A stretch of 64,000 nt of DNA from Chrysemys picta bellii (taxonomy: Eukaryota): the NCBI RefSeq assembly GCF_011386835.1, contig NC_088791.1, forward strand, positions 357,120,001 to 357,184,000, in the 5' to 3' direction. The translations under genes were made by a program, and so were the position numbers. A model generated the notes under the pieces. The model searched no databases and was not told where the DNA came from. It saw only the letters and a program-made list of their open reading frames with translations. This document shows, one piece after another, positions 24,297 to 36,896 of the stretch (its first letter is position 1; the number at the start of each line of letters is the position of its first letter).

Positions 24297-27200
24297 GGCT
24301 AAAGACCCCTTTGAATGGTGAATGAAGGTAGCAATTATGTGGGGAAAAGCAATCTATACAAATGGGGAAAAAGAGAAAATCGATAGCAAACAATACAAAA
24401 AAGACATTAGGGAAAAAAATCCATGCTTGCGGGGGCTAAGGTTAACGAAAGGGAGGTTATTAAGTATATTAAGAAGAAAAGAAAGCATAGAGGAGGTTTA
24501 GGCCAATTCCTAGAGGGAGAAAGGAAGCTTGTTAATGTTGTAGAAAACGTAGATGTGTTAAAGAAATAGTTTTGTTCTGCATTTAGAAAGAAGCGGTATG
24601 AGATACTCATATCACATGAGGTGATGAAATAGTCTCCAGTCCATTAGCTGTCAAGGAGGACGTTAAACAACATCTACAATAGAACCTTAGAGTTACAAAC
24701 ACCAGAGTTACAAACTGACCAATCAACCACACTTCTCATTCACAAGTGGAAGTACACAGTCTGTCAGCAGCAGAGCCAAAAAAAAAAGGGGGGGGGGTAA
24801 ATAGAAGACAACTCTGTGTTAAGTGAAAAGTATTTAAAAAATAAAAATAAAAAGATTTGACAAGATTAGGAAACAATAGAAAAGCTGGTATGGGATTAGT
24901 TCAAAAAAAGTCTAGAAATATAATTAATTAATTAATCGATGGCTGTAAACAACATGGTTTATGGAAAATAGGTCTTGTCAAGTACAACTGATTTCATCCT
25001 TTAATGAAAGTGTGCACATTTGGCTGGTCAAGGGTACTGCACAGACGCAATAAACTTCAATTCCTTTGAGACATTTGATTTAGTAGGGAAAACTTTCAGA
25101 TAAAAAATGAACAGTCCTGCAGTAGAGCACATTTAAAGTGGAATAAAAACTAGCTAACTCACAGATCTCAGAAAGCTGTTGTGAATGGGGTTGTTTCACA
25201 AGCAGGGTTCTGCAGGGACCATTTCTAGGCCCGATGCAATTGAATATTTTCATCAATGATCTGGAAGGAAATAGAAAATCACTGCAGAAAAAAATTGTGG
25301 ATGACGCAAAGATTGGCAGAGTGGGTACAATGAGGAGGCCAGGGCAGGCACACCAGTTGGTCTGGAGCATTTGGTGAGCTGGGCCGATACAAACAAACTG
25401 TTTTAATACAGTCACATGAAAAGTGATTCCCTCGGAACAGGCAATGCAGGCCCGACCCACAGACTAGGGCACTGTATTATGGAACGCAGGGACCCTGACG
25501 TGGATTTAGGGGTCACTGTGGACACCCAGCTCATTGTGAGCTCCCAGTGCGATGCTGTTGCCAAAAGGGCTGATGCGATCCTTCAATGCATAAACTGGGG
25601 AGGGGTGAGTTGGAGCAGGGGAAGGATTTTACCTCTGATGTGATATTGGTGAAACTGACTGCATCCAGGTCCGGGGTCCACATCTCAAAAAGGTTGTTGA
25701 AAAAATTGGAGCTGGTGCAGAAAAGAGCCACAAAAATGCTTTGAGGATGGAGAAAATGCCAGACAGAAAGAGAATTAAAGGGCATCAAACATTTAGCCTA
25801 TCAAAAAAATAATCAAGCAGAGACTTTCATGAGGTGAAAACCATTGGTAAAGTGGAGAAAGGCAGAGCAAGACCCAATGGCTGGAAGCTGAAGCCAGAGA
25901 AATGCCAGCTGGAAATAAGGGCCAAATGTTTACACTGAGTGTGATTAACCTTTGGAACAAACTGCGAAGGGAAGTGGTGGATTCTCCAGCTGCCCGTGTC
26001 GGCAGATCCAGACTGGATGCTTTCCTGGAAGATCTGCTTGAGGGCTTGTCTACACTTAAAACTCTACAGAAGCACTGCCAGAGTGCTTCAGCGTAGACAC
26101 GACTTACACCGATAACAGGGGTTCTCCCATCCGCGTAGGTAGCTCACTTCCCCAAGAGGTGGTAACTAACAAGAGGTGGTAAGAATTCTTCCATCGACCT
26201 CATGCTGTCTACTAGGTTGATATAGCTAAAAACCCAGTTCATTGGCAAAGTGAAGGCAGCAATTGGGAGCGGGGGCAATATATCACAAATGGGGAAAGGG
26301 AATATAGATATAAAGAAATACAAATTGGAAGTTATGAATATTGATAAGAGATGTTAAAAACATCAGAGAAAACTCCATGCTTGGCAGAGCTAAGGATAAC
26401 AAAAAGGAGGTTATTAAGTATGTTAACAACAAAATAAATTGTAGAAAAGGTTTAGACTAATTCCTAGAAGGAGAAAGGAAACTTGTTAATGTTGCAGAAA
26501 AGGAAGATGTGTTCAAGGAATAGTTTTGTTCTGCATTTGGAAAGAAGCAATATGAGGTACACATATCACATGAGGTGATGAAATACTTTCCAGCCTATTA
26601 GCAGTGAAGGAGGATGTTAAAGAGCATCTACAATAGAACCCTAGAATTAGGAACACCAGAGTTACAAACTGACCCAATCATCCACATGTCTCATTCGGAA
26701 CCAGAAGGACACAATCTGCCAGCAGTAGATCCCCTCCCGCCCCAAAGGCAAATACAGGGCAGTACTGCACACATTAAATGGACTAAAAACTGGCTAACTG
26801 ACAGATCTCAGAAAGCAGTTGTCAATGGGACATTATCAGTGAACGGGCTGTTTCTAGTGTTGTTCTCCAGGGATGAGTTCTAGGCCCGATGCTATTCAAT
26901 ATTTTCCTACATGACCTGGGAGCAAAAAGGAAATCACTGCAGATCAAATTTGCAGATGACCCAAAGATTGGCACAGTGGTTACACCGGGAGCCAGGGCAG
27001 GCACAACAATTGATCTGGAGCATTTGGTGAGCTGGGCCCCTACAAACAAAGGATTTGAATACAGTCACATGAAAAGTTATTCTCTCAGAACAGGCAATGC
27101 AGCTCAGCCCACAAACTAGGGCACCGTATTAGGGAAGCAGGGACCCTGAAAGGGCTTAGGGGTCACTGTGGACACCCAACTCATCGTGAGCTCCCAGTGT

Positions 27201-27840
27201 GATGCTGTGACCAAAAGGGCTGATTCGATCCTTGGATGCATAAACAGGGGAGTGGTGAGTTGGAGCAGGGGAAGGATTTTGCCGCTGCACAGGGAATTGG
27301 TGAAACAGTCTGCACCAGTTCTGGGGTCCATATTTCAAAAAGGCTGTTGAAAAATTGGAAAGGGGACACAAAAAGGCATCGAAACTATTCAAGGTGGGAG
27401 AAAATGCTGGACAGTGATAGAATTAAAGTGCTTCATTTATTTATATTACATAGCAATAACAGGCTCTGTAATCTAGTGGAGAATGGCTGGTAGCTGAAGC
27501 CAGACAAATTCCATTTGGAAATAAGGGCCAAATGTTTAGCACTGATGTTGAACAACTTTTGGGACAAACTGTGAAGGGAAGTGTGGGATTCTCCAACCCC
27601 CTTATGTCTGCAGATCCAGACTGGATGCATTTCTAGAAGATCTGCTTAAGGGCTTGTCTTCACTTAAAAGGCTACAGGGGCGCTGCAGTACCGCTTCAGT
27701 GTAGACACCACTGACACAGATAGCAAGCGTTCTTCTGTCAGCTTAGATAATCTACCTGCATGAGAGGAGGTAGCTAGGTCGATGGAAGAATAATTCCATC
27801 GACCTCATGCTGTCTGCACCAGGGTTAGGTTGATACAGCG
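24297..27840 (+). repeat. Internal tandem duplication within the intron of unit B (copies ~24297-26226 and ~26227-27840)
   Basis: The same ordered set of CR1/MITE-derived landmarks (AACTCCATGCTTG..., GAGGTGATGAAATA, GTGAGCTCCCAGTG.GATGCTGT, GGCTTGTCT.CACTTAAAA) occurs twice. Units A, C and D have it once. Confidence 0.65.
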
Positions 27841-29580
27841 ACATCTCTCTGGGGTGTGGATTTCTTTGCTATTGCAAAGGAAGAAAACGCAGTTGTGGGT
27901 TGCATTAACAAAGGCAGAGCATGCAAGTCTCCGGAGGTGATAGTATTCCTCTACTCAGCGCTGGTTAGGCCTCAGCTGGAGCATTGTGACCAGTTTAGGT
28001 CACCAGTGTATAGGAAGGATGTAGAGGAACTGGAAAGGAACCAGAAGCGACAGACAAAGAGGATCCAAGGGACGGAGCACAAACCATATCAGCAAAGGCT
28101 GAAGGAACTGAGTATGTTTAGCTTGAAAAAGAGGAGATTGAATGGGGATGACAGCGGTCTTCAGCTACTTGAAAGGCTGACATTAAAAAAAGATGGAGAA
28201 AAATTGTTCTGTCTCACCACAGTAGGTGGGACAAGAGTCAATGGGTTAAAACTACAGCAGAGCAGATTTATGAAATCTCAGGAAGAACTTTCTAACTGTA
28301 AGAATAGGAGGACAATGGAACAGAGGCCTCAGGAGGACGTGGAAGCTCCTTTGCCGGAGATTTTCCAACTGAGACTGGATACTCATCTGTCTGGGATAGT
28401 TTTGGTGCAACAAACCCTGCATCGTGGCAGGGAGTGAGACTAGATGTCCCTTGCGGTCCCTTCTCACCCTGCAGCTCTATGATTCTACAATATAAAATCC
28501 TAGTGTAGACCAGGCCTTAGTCAGACACAAGTTATTGAGCTCAATACAGGGGTAATTGGGTAAAATTTCATGGCCTGTGTTATATTGGAGGTCAGACAGG
28601 ATGAACTAATGTTGCCTTCTGACATTGAACCCTATGAATCCATTGATAACGAAAAGATAAAGATCAGACATTAATATTTACTCTGTCTCACAACACACGA
28701 ACAAGGGAACATTCAATTACATGGAAAATCTGAACATATAACACTGAGAAAAGAAAATTGTTTACATAATCCATATTTGGCCTGTGGAACTCCTTGTCAC
28801 TGACATTATTGGAGAGGAGCTTAGCTCAATGAGATTCACAAATGGATTGGCCATTGTAGGTGGTGCTGGTGGCACCACAGTTAGTTGAGTCCTTCTGACA
28901 CCTTCAATTAGGAGACCTGATTTTCAGTTGCTTATAAGTTTGCTAAATTTTACGCATTTGGACTGAAATTTCCCACGATGGGTGTCTGCTTCCAGTTGAT
29001 TTGTGTTTTGAAAGTTTCAGGCATAACACTTCAGCTGACTTCTCCGCTAGGAGAGAAGATGTCTTGCCCATGTTGAAAAGTTCTTATAATTGTTCCAGCG
29101 AGGAGCCCTAGCACCTCCATGCTCTCCAGTATATAAAAGTCAGGTAACAGCCCCCCCCGTTAACAGTCAGAGCCCTGAAATGCAAGAGCAGGAGGTGACA
29201 GTGTCTGTGCATTAACACACAGCTGGACCCTGAGGTCTTTAATCAGTTTTTACTCCAAGGGGAGTTTTGCCCCAGTGGGGCCATAGCCTCAGAATTTGGC
29301 CTTGTACTGTGCATCTACTAACACCTTTCATCCTGAAGGGTCCACCGTGCCACTGAAATGCAGCCACCTCAGGGCTAGATGCCATCAGCCAGGGCGGGAG
29401 GGAGTGCCCAGGAAAGAGGGACATTTTGGCCAGTGATACTGGAGCAAATTCATCACCTGTGGCAAGAGCCCTGGGATGTTTAATGGCTGTGCAGATCGGA
29501 AAGGACCCCAGACCTACTCTCTGTCCCATCACGCCCACATTGCACTGGGATTGTCGAGCAGGTGAGCTCCTCAGCAAGAG

Positions 29581-29860
29581 ATGGGTACCTGTGAATCCTG
29601 AGACGGAACCGTCTTCCCTGGGAATCCCTCTCAGGTAGCCGTGTTCCACACCTCTCTCACCCCAGCATCTGCAGCAGCATCCCATGCCGAGAGCCGAGAC
29701 AGGGGTGTGCACCATTTATAATATAGCTCTGTGCCATCCCAGTGGGGTTCACTCAGCCTCTAGGGGAGGAGCGGCATCTGAATGTAAACAGGCTGGAGAC
29801 AGGCCTGTCTGCGCTTCTGTACTATTTATCCGGCTTTAGAAGTAAACAGTAATTAAGGGA
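29581..29860 (-). promoter_or_regulatory. Candidate OR promoter and 5' non-coding exon, unit B
   Basis: TAATTA 29850-29855, TATATTATAAA 29715-29725, ATTCCCAGGGA 29615-29625, CAG|GTACCC at ~29589 (gene sense). Confidence 0.55.
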
Positions 29861-30492
29861 CCTTCCCAAAGGGAGATGAGAACTCTTGGGCTCTGTGCTG
29901 AGTCAGAGAGGAATTGGCTGCTCTGTGCATTTGTGTATATTGAAAAATTGTAGTCAATTAGGAAGAAAATTAGAGATAATTCCTAGGTCTCCATAGGGTC
30001 TGATATCCTGGAAATGCCCAGGGGGGATGGGTAGGTAGTAGCCAGAGAGATCTGGGGATAGATGACTTAGGGGAGATACAAAATTTTCTGCAGCCATACT
30101 GGACTGTCGCTAATGGATCAGAGATCAGTAATTCTCATCAGTAATGATCATCAAACTGTGCAGCACCTTTCAATGAAGGATTTTCAAAACGCCTAACAAA
30201 GTAAAGTCACTATGAACATATCTCTTCACCATCCTCTCAAGGTGAATCTGAGGTTTTCAGAACTAGCTGGAGTTTGTGATCTACCTACTCCTGTGAGGTG
30301 TGAACTCCGGGACTCCACTTTCGCTCCCACCCAGAAACCTGCCAACACATCACAGTCACTGGGATCACTTTGGTTGAACAGACTCAGTAAAAGCAACATC
30401 AACAGAACGTTTCTGTGGACAGAGGGCAGCCGGGGGCCTGTCCTGGGGACAGAGACCACCCCCCTACAAAACTGCCTTGGAAGAAGGGGGGC

Positions 30493-31397
30493 TGTCAAGG
30501 CTGAATTCCCACTCTGTCACTTCGAGTACAGAAGTGGGGCCCGCAAGGATTTTAAAAATTAATACTGGCCACTCCAGGCTTGTATTAAACTCCCAAGGTT
30601 ACAGCTTTTCTCTGACCTTGACTTGGTAAACACTGCCACCACCCAAATGTAAAAAGAAACAACAACCCAAAAAACCCTCCTGTGGGGTACCCTCAAGCCC
30701 TTTCACCGCCCTCCCCCCGGGGAAGAGCTGAAAAAGAAAACAAAGGAAATTAGCTGTTGCTGCCAACTACTCCAACAACATGCACAAACCTGTTAGGAAA
30801 CCAAATATCCAAATCCTGGTCTTACAAAAGGTGAATTTTATTAAAAACAAAAAGGAAGAAAATACATCTGGAACTTCGGCTTTTGCTAGATTTTAAAAGA
30901 GCAATTCCCAAAATTAGGCACCCAAAATTGCTTTCTTTGGAGGTTCAGCTTAAAGGTTACAAGCAAACAAAAGCATCGGGGGTTAGCACAGAGGAGATCC
31001 ACATGCCAAATAAAGAAATAAACGTGATCACGTCTAGCTAAACATTCCTAATTTACTTACATATTTGGGGGGGTTCAAATGAGTAATTCTAGGTACGATC
31101 TGAAGAATTTTCATACCTCCTTCAAGCCTGTTTATAGCATTGCTGCTCTGTGTCCCTCCAGCCCAGAGAACAACAGACAAAGGGAAAGTTTCTTTCCCAA
31201 TTTTTAAAAGTTCTACCTTCCCATTGGCTCTTTTGGTCAGGAGCCCACTCCTTTCCTTTACCTGTGGGCTTGTTAACCCTTTAGAGGTCAAGCTAGCAGA
31301 GAACAGACACCAAGAGGGATTTTTACAGCTAACTGGCTGGCTGGGTGTCCAGAAGGGAGCTACGACCCCCTCCCCCCTGCCGCCTTCAGTTATCGCA
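30493..31397. mobile_element. Solo LTR (905 bp), unit B specific
   Basis: TG...CA termini, flanked by GGGGC / GGGGT. The empty site AAGAAGGGGGTCCCTATA is present in unit C (reverse complement near 35855-35872). Confidence 0.75.
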
Positions 31398-31657
31398 GGG
31401 GTCCTATAAGCAGGATAGAGACTGGTTCAATGTTTGCATTGGGTTTGTTCTCTCCCTCTCGGTTCAGTTCCTCCCAGTCTCTCCCACGTTGAATTGAAAT
31501 CCAATGTTCCAGGATGAATCAGTCTTTCCAGGACTGCCACAGCTTTAAGGCAGTTGGATTCCCACAGCTGAACTCTCTGCCTGCTCATCTGGCTAATTGG
31601 GGGTATTTCTCCGGGGGTATTTGTCCAAACCGAACCGCGGTGCCATGTCCACATGTA

Positions 31658-32624
31658 CAGTAACACCTCACTTAGCATCTTATGTTCCTGAAAAATGAGA
31701 CTTTAAGCAAAACGATGTTAAGTGAATCCAATTTCCCCATAAGAATTAATGTAAATAGGGGGGGTTAGGTTCCAGGGAAATATTTTTCACTTTTTTATAT
31801 ATTTAACACCATTATAAATGCTGGTAGCAAAGCAGGGTTTGGGGTGGACCCCCCATGTAATAACCTCATGACCCCCTGAGGGGTCACGACCCCCAGCTTG
31901 AGAACCCCTGTGCTAAATGTTGAACTAGCACTCGGCTGAGCCCTCAAGGGTTAACATGTTGTTGTTAATGTAGCCTCACACTCTACAAGGCAGCAGGAAT
32001 GGACGGAGGGGAGACAGCATAGCAGACAGAGACAGACATACACCTTGTGTGTGGGAAAGAGAGAGAGATGCACACTGCCCCTTTAAGTAAGCTGACCCAC
32101 TCTTAAGTGCATTGTCTTTTTAAGTGGATCAGGAAGTTGAGACAGCAGCTGCTGCCCCAAGCTCTCTCTGTCTCTCTCCATCCCTGTCTCCACCCTGCTC
32201 TATATGGAGAAGGGGTAAGAGGAGTTCAGGAGCAGGGGGGAGGGGGATACCCTGACATTAGCCCCCCCTTCCTCAACGCATAGCACCCAGGAGGCTGGGG
32301 GAGCAGCTCCAAGGCAGAGGGCAGGAGCAGCACATGGCAGTGGGAGAAGGGACAGCTGCAATTGCTAGCCTGCTGGCAGCTGCTGCACAGGGAACTTAGG
32401 GGAGCAGGGAGCTGATGGGGGGCTGCCGGTCCACCCTGGTTCCAAGCCCCCACCAGTTAGCTGCAACAGAATGCTGTTCCTGCAAGCAGTGGACAAAGCA
32501 GGCGGCTGCCAAACGACATTAGAAGGGAGCATTGCACAACTTTAAACGAGCATGTTCCCTAATTGATCAGCAACGTAACAATGAAACAACTTTAACCAGA
32601 ATGACTTTAAGTGAGGAGTTACTG
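31658..32624. mobile_element. Non-autonomous Tc1/mariner (Tigger/pogo-like) element, 967 bp
   Basis: TIRs CAGTAACACCTCACTTA / TAAGTGAGGAGTTACTG (16/17), TA TSD. The empty site GTCCACCTGTATTCAAG is in unit A (~7555-7571). Confidence 0.8.
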
Positions 32625-32874
32625 TATTCAAGTTACCAACACTCTATAGCTGGCAACCATGCTTTGATCCTTTTTCTTTATCTAAAGGCAAAGGGGGTCT
32701 AGGCCCTGTTTTGGCGGGATTGTTGTGTTTATAATTTATGATCAATATTTCTATTGTGGAAGGCTCCAGAGGCCCCGCTCCAGTTCAGGGCCCCTTGCGC
32801 TGGGCCCTTCGCAAACACAGAAGGAGAAACAGCCCCTGCCCCAAGGTAAATCAAGTTAAGATAAGACACAGCTA

Positions 32875-33480
32875 CTGTGTGTAACAAACCAGCAAGGGGG
32901 CAGGTGAGAAGATGGAGAAGGAACAGCACTAAGGATGGGTGGTTACAAAGGCTGCTGGGTGGGTGTGAGACAGCAGAAACGCACAGCCCTGCCCTGGCTG
33001 TTGGAAGTGTGTCCTGGGCTGTTAAGAGCAGAGCACGTGTTCAGGGGAACTAGATTGGAGCTAGCGAGAACGGGCCATTGAGTGGCGGCTGCACCAGACA
33101 CAAAGTTGGGAGCGTGTGGCTCTCCGTTAACTTTTGTTACTCTGTGTTAGTTCTAATCACGCCTCCCTTCTAAGGGTGCAGACTGAGCCTCCTTCTCATG
33201 AATTCCCAGGACAACCCCGGTATTAGAGGGGAGACCAGAGGAGAGGGCAGAGCCAACAGGGCTGTGGTGAACAGGGAAGGAGTCACCCTGGAGATGGAAA
33301 AATTGAAAGCCCCCAAGGAGTTGAAACTCTCAGGTAACGCAGCAGACTCCGGGAAGAGATTCAGACAGAATTTTGAGATATGTCTGTGCAAGCGGCTGGA
33401 TTTGGAGAGAAAGACCAGCAGAAAACTGCAATCTTCTTAACCAGTGCAGGACTTGAGGCAGTGGACGTCTTTACTATAAT
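32875..33480 (+). mobile_element. Gypsy LTR/gag relic, unit B copy
   Basis: MEKLKAPKELKLSGNAADSGKRFRQNFEICL; paralogue of 7815-8420. Confidence 0.5.
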
Positions 33481-33488
33481 GCAGCTCA

Positions 33489-33732
33489 GGCTTTGTCAAC
33501 ACTGGCACTTTTGTTGGTGAAATGTTTGTTGGTCGGGGTGTGAAAAAACACCCCCTGACTGACAAAAGCACCAGTGTGGACAGCGCTATGTCAGCAGGAG
33601 ACGCTCGCTGGGGGTGGTGTAATTCTGCCAGCTGGAGAGCTCTGTCCCATGGGCACAGAGCGGCTATGTGAGAGCAGCGTAGGTGCAGCGATACAGCTGT
33701 GCTGCTGTAAGGTGTGCAGTGTAGACAAGGGC
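33489..33732. mobile_element. Harbinger MITE, 244 bp
   Basis: Termini GGCTTTGTCAACACT / AGTGTAGACAAGGGC with a 3-bp TSD TCA on both sides. Confidence 0.8.
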
Positions 33733-33878
33733 TCAGTCAGGCAGAAGGAGCAGGTTATTCCTTGTTTTGCAGATATTTGAAGAGCCTTGTGTGGCGCAAA
33801 AGAGCAAAATGTTCCAAGGGTAAAAGTTTCCCCTTAGAAGACAAAAGTGAGGCGAGTCTGTGAAGAATTCCTAACAGA

Positions 33879-34800
33879 TGTAAGTAGGGGAACGGTCCCA
33901 CTCTTCTGGGGAACTTTCCTGGCTTATACACTACGACGATGCAATGGGCTAGTGAAAGGATCTGACTCTTCACTCCCACGCCCTTTACCCAGCGGCCTGC
34001 CTGACTCGATGGCCCCCCTTCCACTCTCCAGGGTGGCAGAGTCCACATAACCCTGGCAAGGCTGCGCCCAGGATTCCTGGGGGGCTTGACCACCAACCTT
34101 GTCGAGATCACTTAGGATAGGACTTGGATGTCCCCACTCCAGGGTGCTCTCTCTGCTCTGAAAACTGAGCTCTGAAGGCTTCTGTTAACTGTGAACAGCT
34201 GCAGGCTGGGCTCATTAGCTTCAAGTCTGTGTGAGGGGACTGTTGTCCTCTCAGTAAAACTTAGTGGGGTGGTGGTTGACTGGCCAGCTCCCAGTACCAA
34301 AAGGAAGGAGAAGGGTGAATGAATTAAGCGCCCGGTGCAGAGAGAGCACCCCAGAGTAGGGAAACCCTAGTCCCTGTCCTAAGTGACCTCGACAAGGTTG
34401 GGGGTCGAGCCCCCGAGCAATCCTGGGCCCAGCCTTGCCAGGGTTACGAGGACTCTGCCACACACAGGAGTGGAAGGGGGGCCCTCAAGTCAGGCAGGCC
34501 TCTGGGTAAAGGGAGTGGGAGCAAGGACTCAGATCTTTTCACTAGCCCATTGCATTGGGGAGAAGGGTTCTGCCACCTAGAGTGTGAGGAGTGCGGCCAC
34601 CACCAGGTTAGCACAGCCAGGACATGGGCAGGGGCCTGGGACAGGTGAAGGACAGATTGTGAACTGCCCTGACATCCAGCCCCACCTGTTTGAGGTTCCC
34701 CCGTGCCACAGAGCGGGGTGATGGGTTTTCTTTCCACCTTTCCCAGTTTCTCCTTATTTTTTAAATTGGTTCCTGTTTAATAAATTGTATGCGCTTGAAC
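33879..34800. mobile_element. Rearranged LTR fragments in opposite orientations at the mirror axis
   Basis: 33940-34157 and 34340-34556 are inverted copies of each other, and both match the solo LTR at 45723-46947. Confidence 0.7.
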
Positions 34801-34859
34801 TATATGCAAAGATCTGTGGGTCAGGTAAGCGTCAGAAGCAGAGATTGCTGGAACCAGAC

Positions 34860-35460
34860 TAGAAGGAGGCTAGTCTGTAAAAGGAAGCTTACTGGAACAT
34901 CTCTGAGGGTGAGGTTTTATCTGTATTCAGTTTTCCTACTGTATTAGGCATAGACTTGCGTGTTCTATTTTATTTTGCTTCATAATTCACATTGTTCTGT
35001 CTGTTACTACATGATACCACTTAAATCCTACTTTCTGTATTTAATAAAATTACTTTTTACTTATTATTTAACCCAGAGTATGTATTAATACATGGGGTGG
35101 GGGGACAAACAGCTGTGCATATCTCTTTATCAGTGTTATAGTGTTATAAAGGGTGAACAATTTATGTGTTTACCCTGTATAAGCTTTATACAAGTTAAAA
35201 CAGATTTATTTGGAGTTTGGACCCTTTGGGATTTGGGCATCAGAGTATTAAAGACAGGAACACTTCTTAAGCTACTTTCAGTTAAGTCTGCACTTTGTGG
35301 GACGTGGTTCAGACCTGGGTCTGTGTTGGAGCAGACTGGCGTTTCTGGCACAACTAGGCAGGATCTGGAGTCCCAAGCTGGCAGGGAAAGCAGGGGCAGA
35401 AGCAGTCTTGGCACATCAGTTGGCAGCCCCAAGGGGGTTTCTGTGATCCAACCCATCACA
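34860..35460 (+). mobile_element. 3' part of another LTR
   Basis: AATAAA at 35043, ending CCAACCCATCACA. The 5' end was not identified. Confidence 0.5.
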
Positions 35461-36454
35461 CCCTCCACATGGCACCCGTCAAAACCCCCTTTACCTTAGC
35501 TACAAACAAAGATCAAAGATCAAACCAGGCTTGCCAGCCACAGAGGGTTAGTAACTTGAATACAGGTGGACACGGGACCCCTGTTCAGTTTGCACAGGAG
35601 AATTCATTCAGTCTCATTCCAGTGCTTAAAAACCCAGGTCCTCCTCACTAGAGAAATACCCCCCAATTAGCAAGACGAGCAGGCAGCGAGTTCAGCTGTG
35701 GGAATCCAACCGCCCTTCAGCCGGGTCAGTCCTGGAAAGTCTGACTCAGCCTGGAACATTCGATTTCAATTCCACCTGGGAGTGAATGGGAGGAAATGAA
35801 CCAAGGGGGAGAGACCAAATCCAATGCAAACATTGAATCAGTCTCTGTCCTGCATATAGGGACCCCCTTCTTCCAAGGCAGCTTTTGGGGGGAAGCAGGG
35901 CAAGGCCTCTGTCCCCAGGAGAGGCCCCCGGCTGCCCTCTATCCACAGGAACATTCTGTTGGTGTTGGTTTTACTGAGTCTGTTCCCCCGAAGCGACCCC
36001 AATGACTGTGATGCATTGGCAGGTTTCTGAGTGGGAGCAGAAGTGGAGTCCAAGAGTTCACACCTCATAGAAGCGGGGAGCTCACAAACTCCAGCTAGTT
36101 CTGAAAACCTCAGATTTTCTAAGTATTTTGAGGATCCTTCAATGAAAGGTGCTGTACAGTCTGATGATGGTTACTGATGAGAATTACTGATCTCTGATCC
36201 CTTAGCGACAGTCCAGTTGGCTGCAGAAAGTGTTTGTATCTCCCCATAGTCATCTATCCCCAGATCTGTCTGTCTACTACCTACTCATCCCTCCTGGACA
36301 TTTATAGGCTATCAGGCCCTATGGAGACCTAGGCACTATCACTACTTTTCTTCCTAATTGACTATAATTTTTCAATATACACAAATGCACAGAGCAGCCA
36401 ATTCCTCTCTGACTCAGCACAGAGCCCAAGAGTTCTCATCTCTCTTTGGGAAGG

Positions 36455-36730
36455 TCCCATAATTACTGTTTATTCCTAAAGGTGGATAAATAGCACAAAA
36501 GTGCAGACAGGCCTGTCTCCAGGGTGTTTACATCCAGATGCAGCTTCTCCACTAGAGGCTGAGCAAACCCCATTGGGATTGCACAGAGCTATACTATAAA
36601 TGGTGCACACCCCTGTTTTGCTCTCTGCATCAGATGTTGCTGCAGATGCTGGGGTGAGAGGTGTGGGACACGGCTACCTGAGGGGGATTCCCAGGGAGGA
36701 CACTTCCATCTCAGGATTCACAGGTACCCA
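36455..36730 (+). promoter_or_regulatory. Candidate OR promoter and 5' non-coding exon, unit C
   Basis: TAATTA 36460-36465, TATACTATAAA 36590-36600, ATTCCCAGGGA 36687-36697, CAG|GTACCC 36721-36729. Confidence 0.55.
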
Positions 36731-36896
36731 TCTCTAGCTGAGCAGCTCACCTGCTCAACAAAGCCAGTGCAACATGGGCGTGATGGGATAGAGAGTTAGT
36801 CTGGGTTCCTTTCTCTTCTGCACAGCCATTAAACATCCTAGGGCCCTTACTACAGGTGATGAATTTGCTCCAGTATCACTGGACAAAATGTCATAA

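Noticed and set aside
24920-24937. TAATTAATTAATTAAT run as a homeodomain cluster
   Set aside because: Present only in unit B inside old CR1-derived sequence; looks like slippage.
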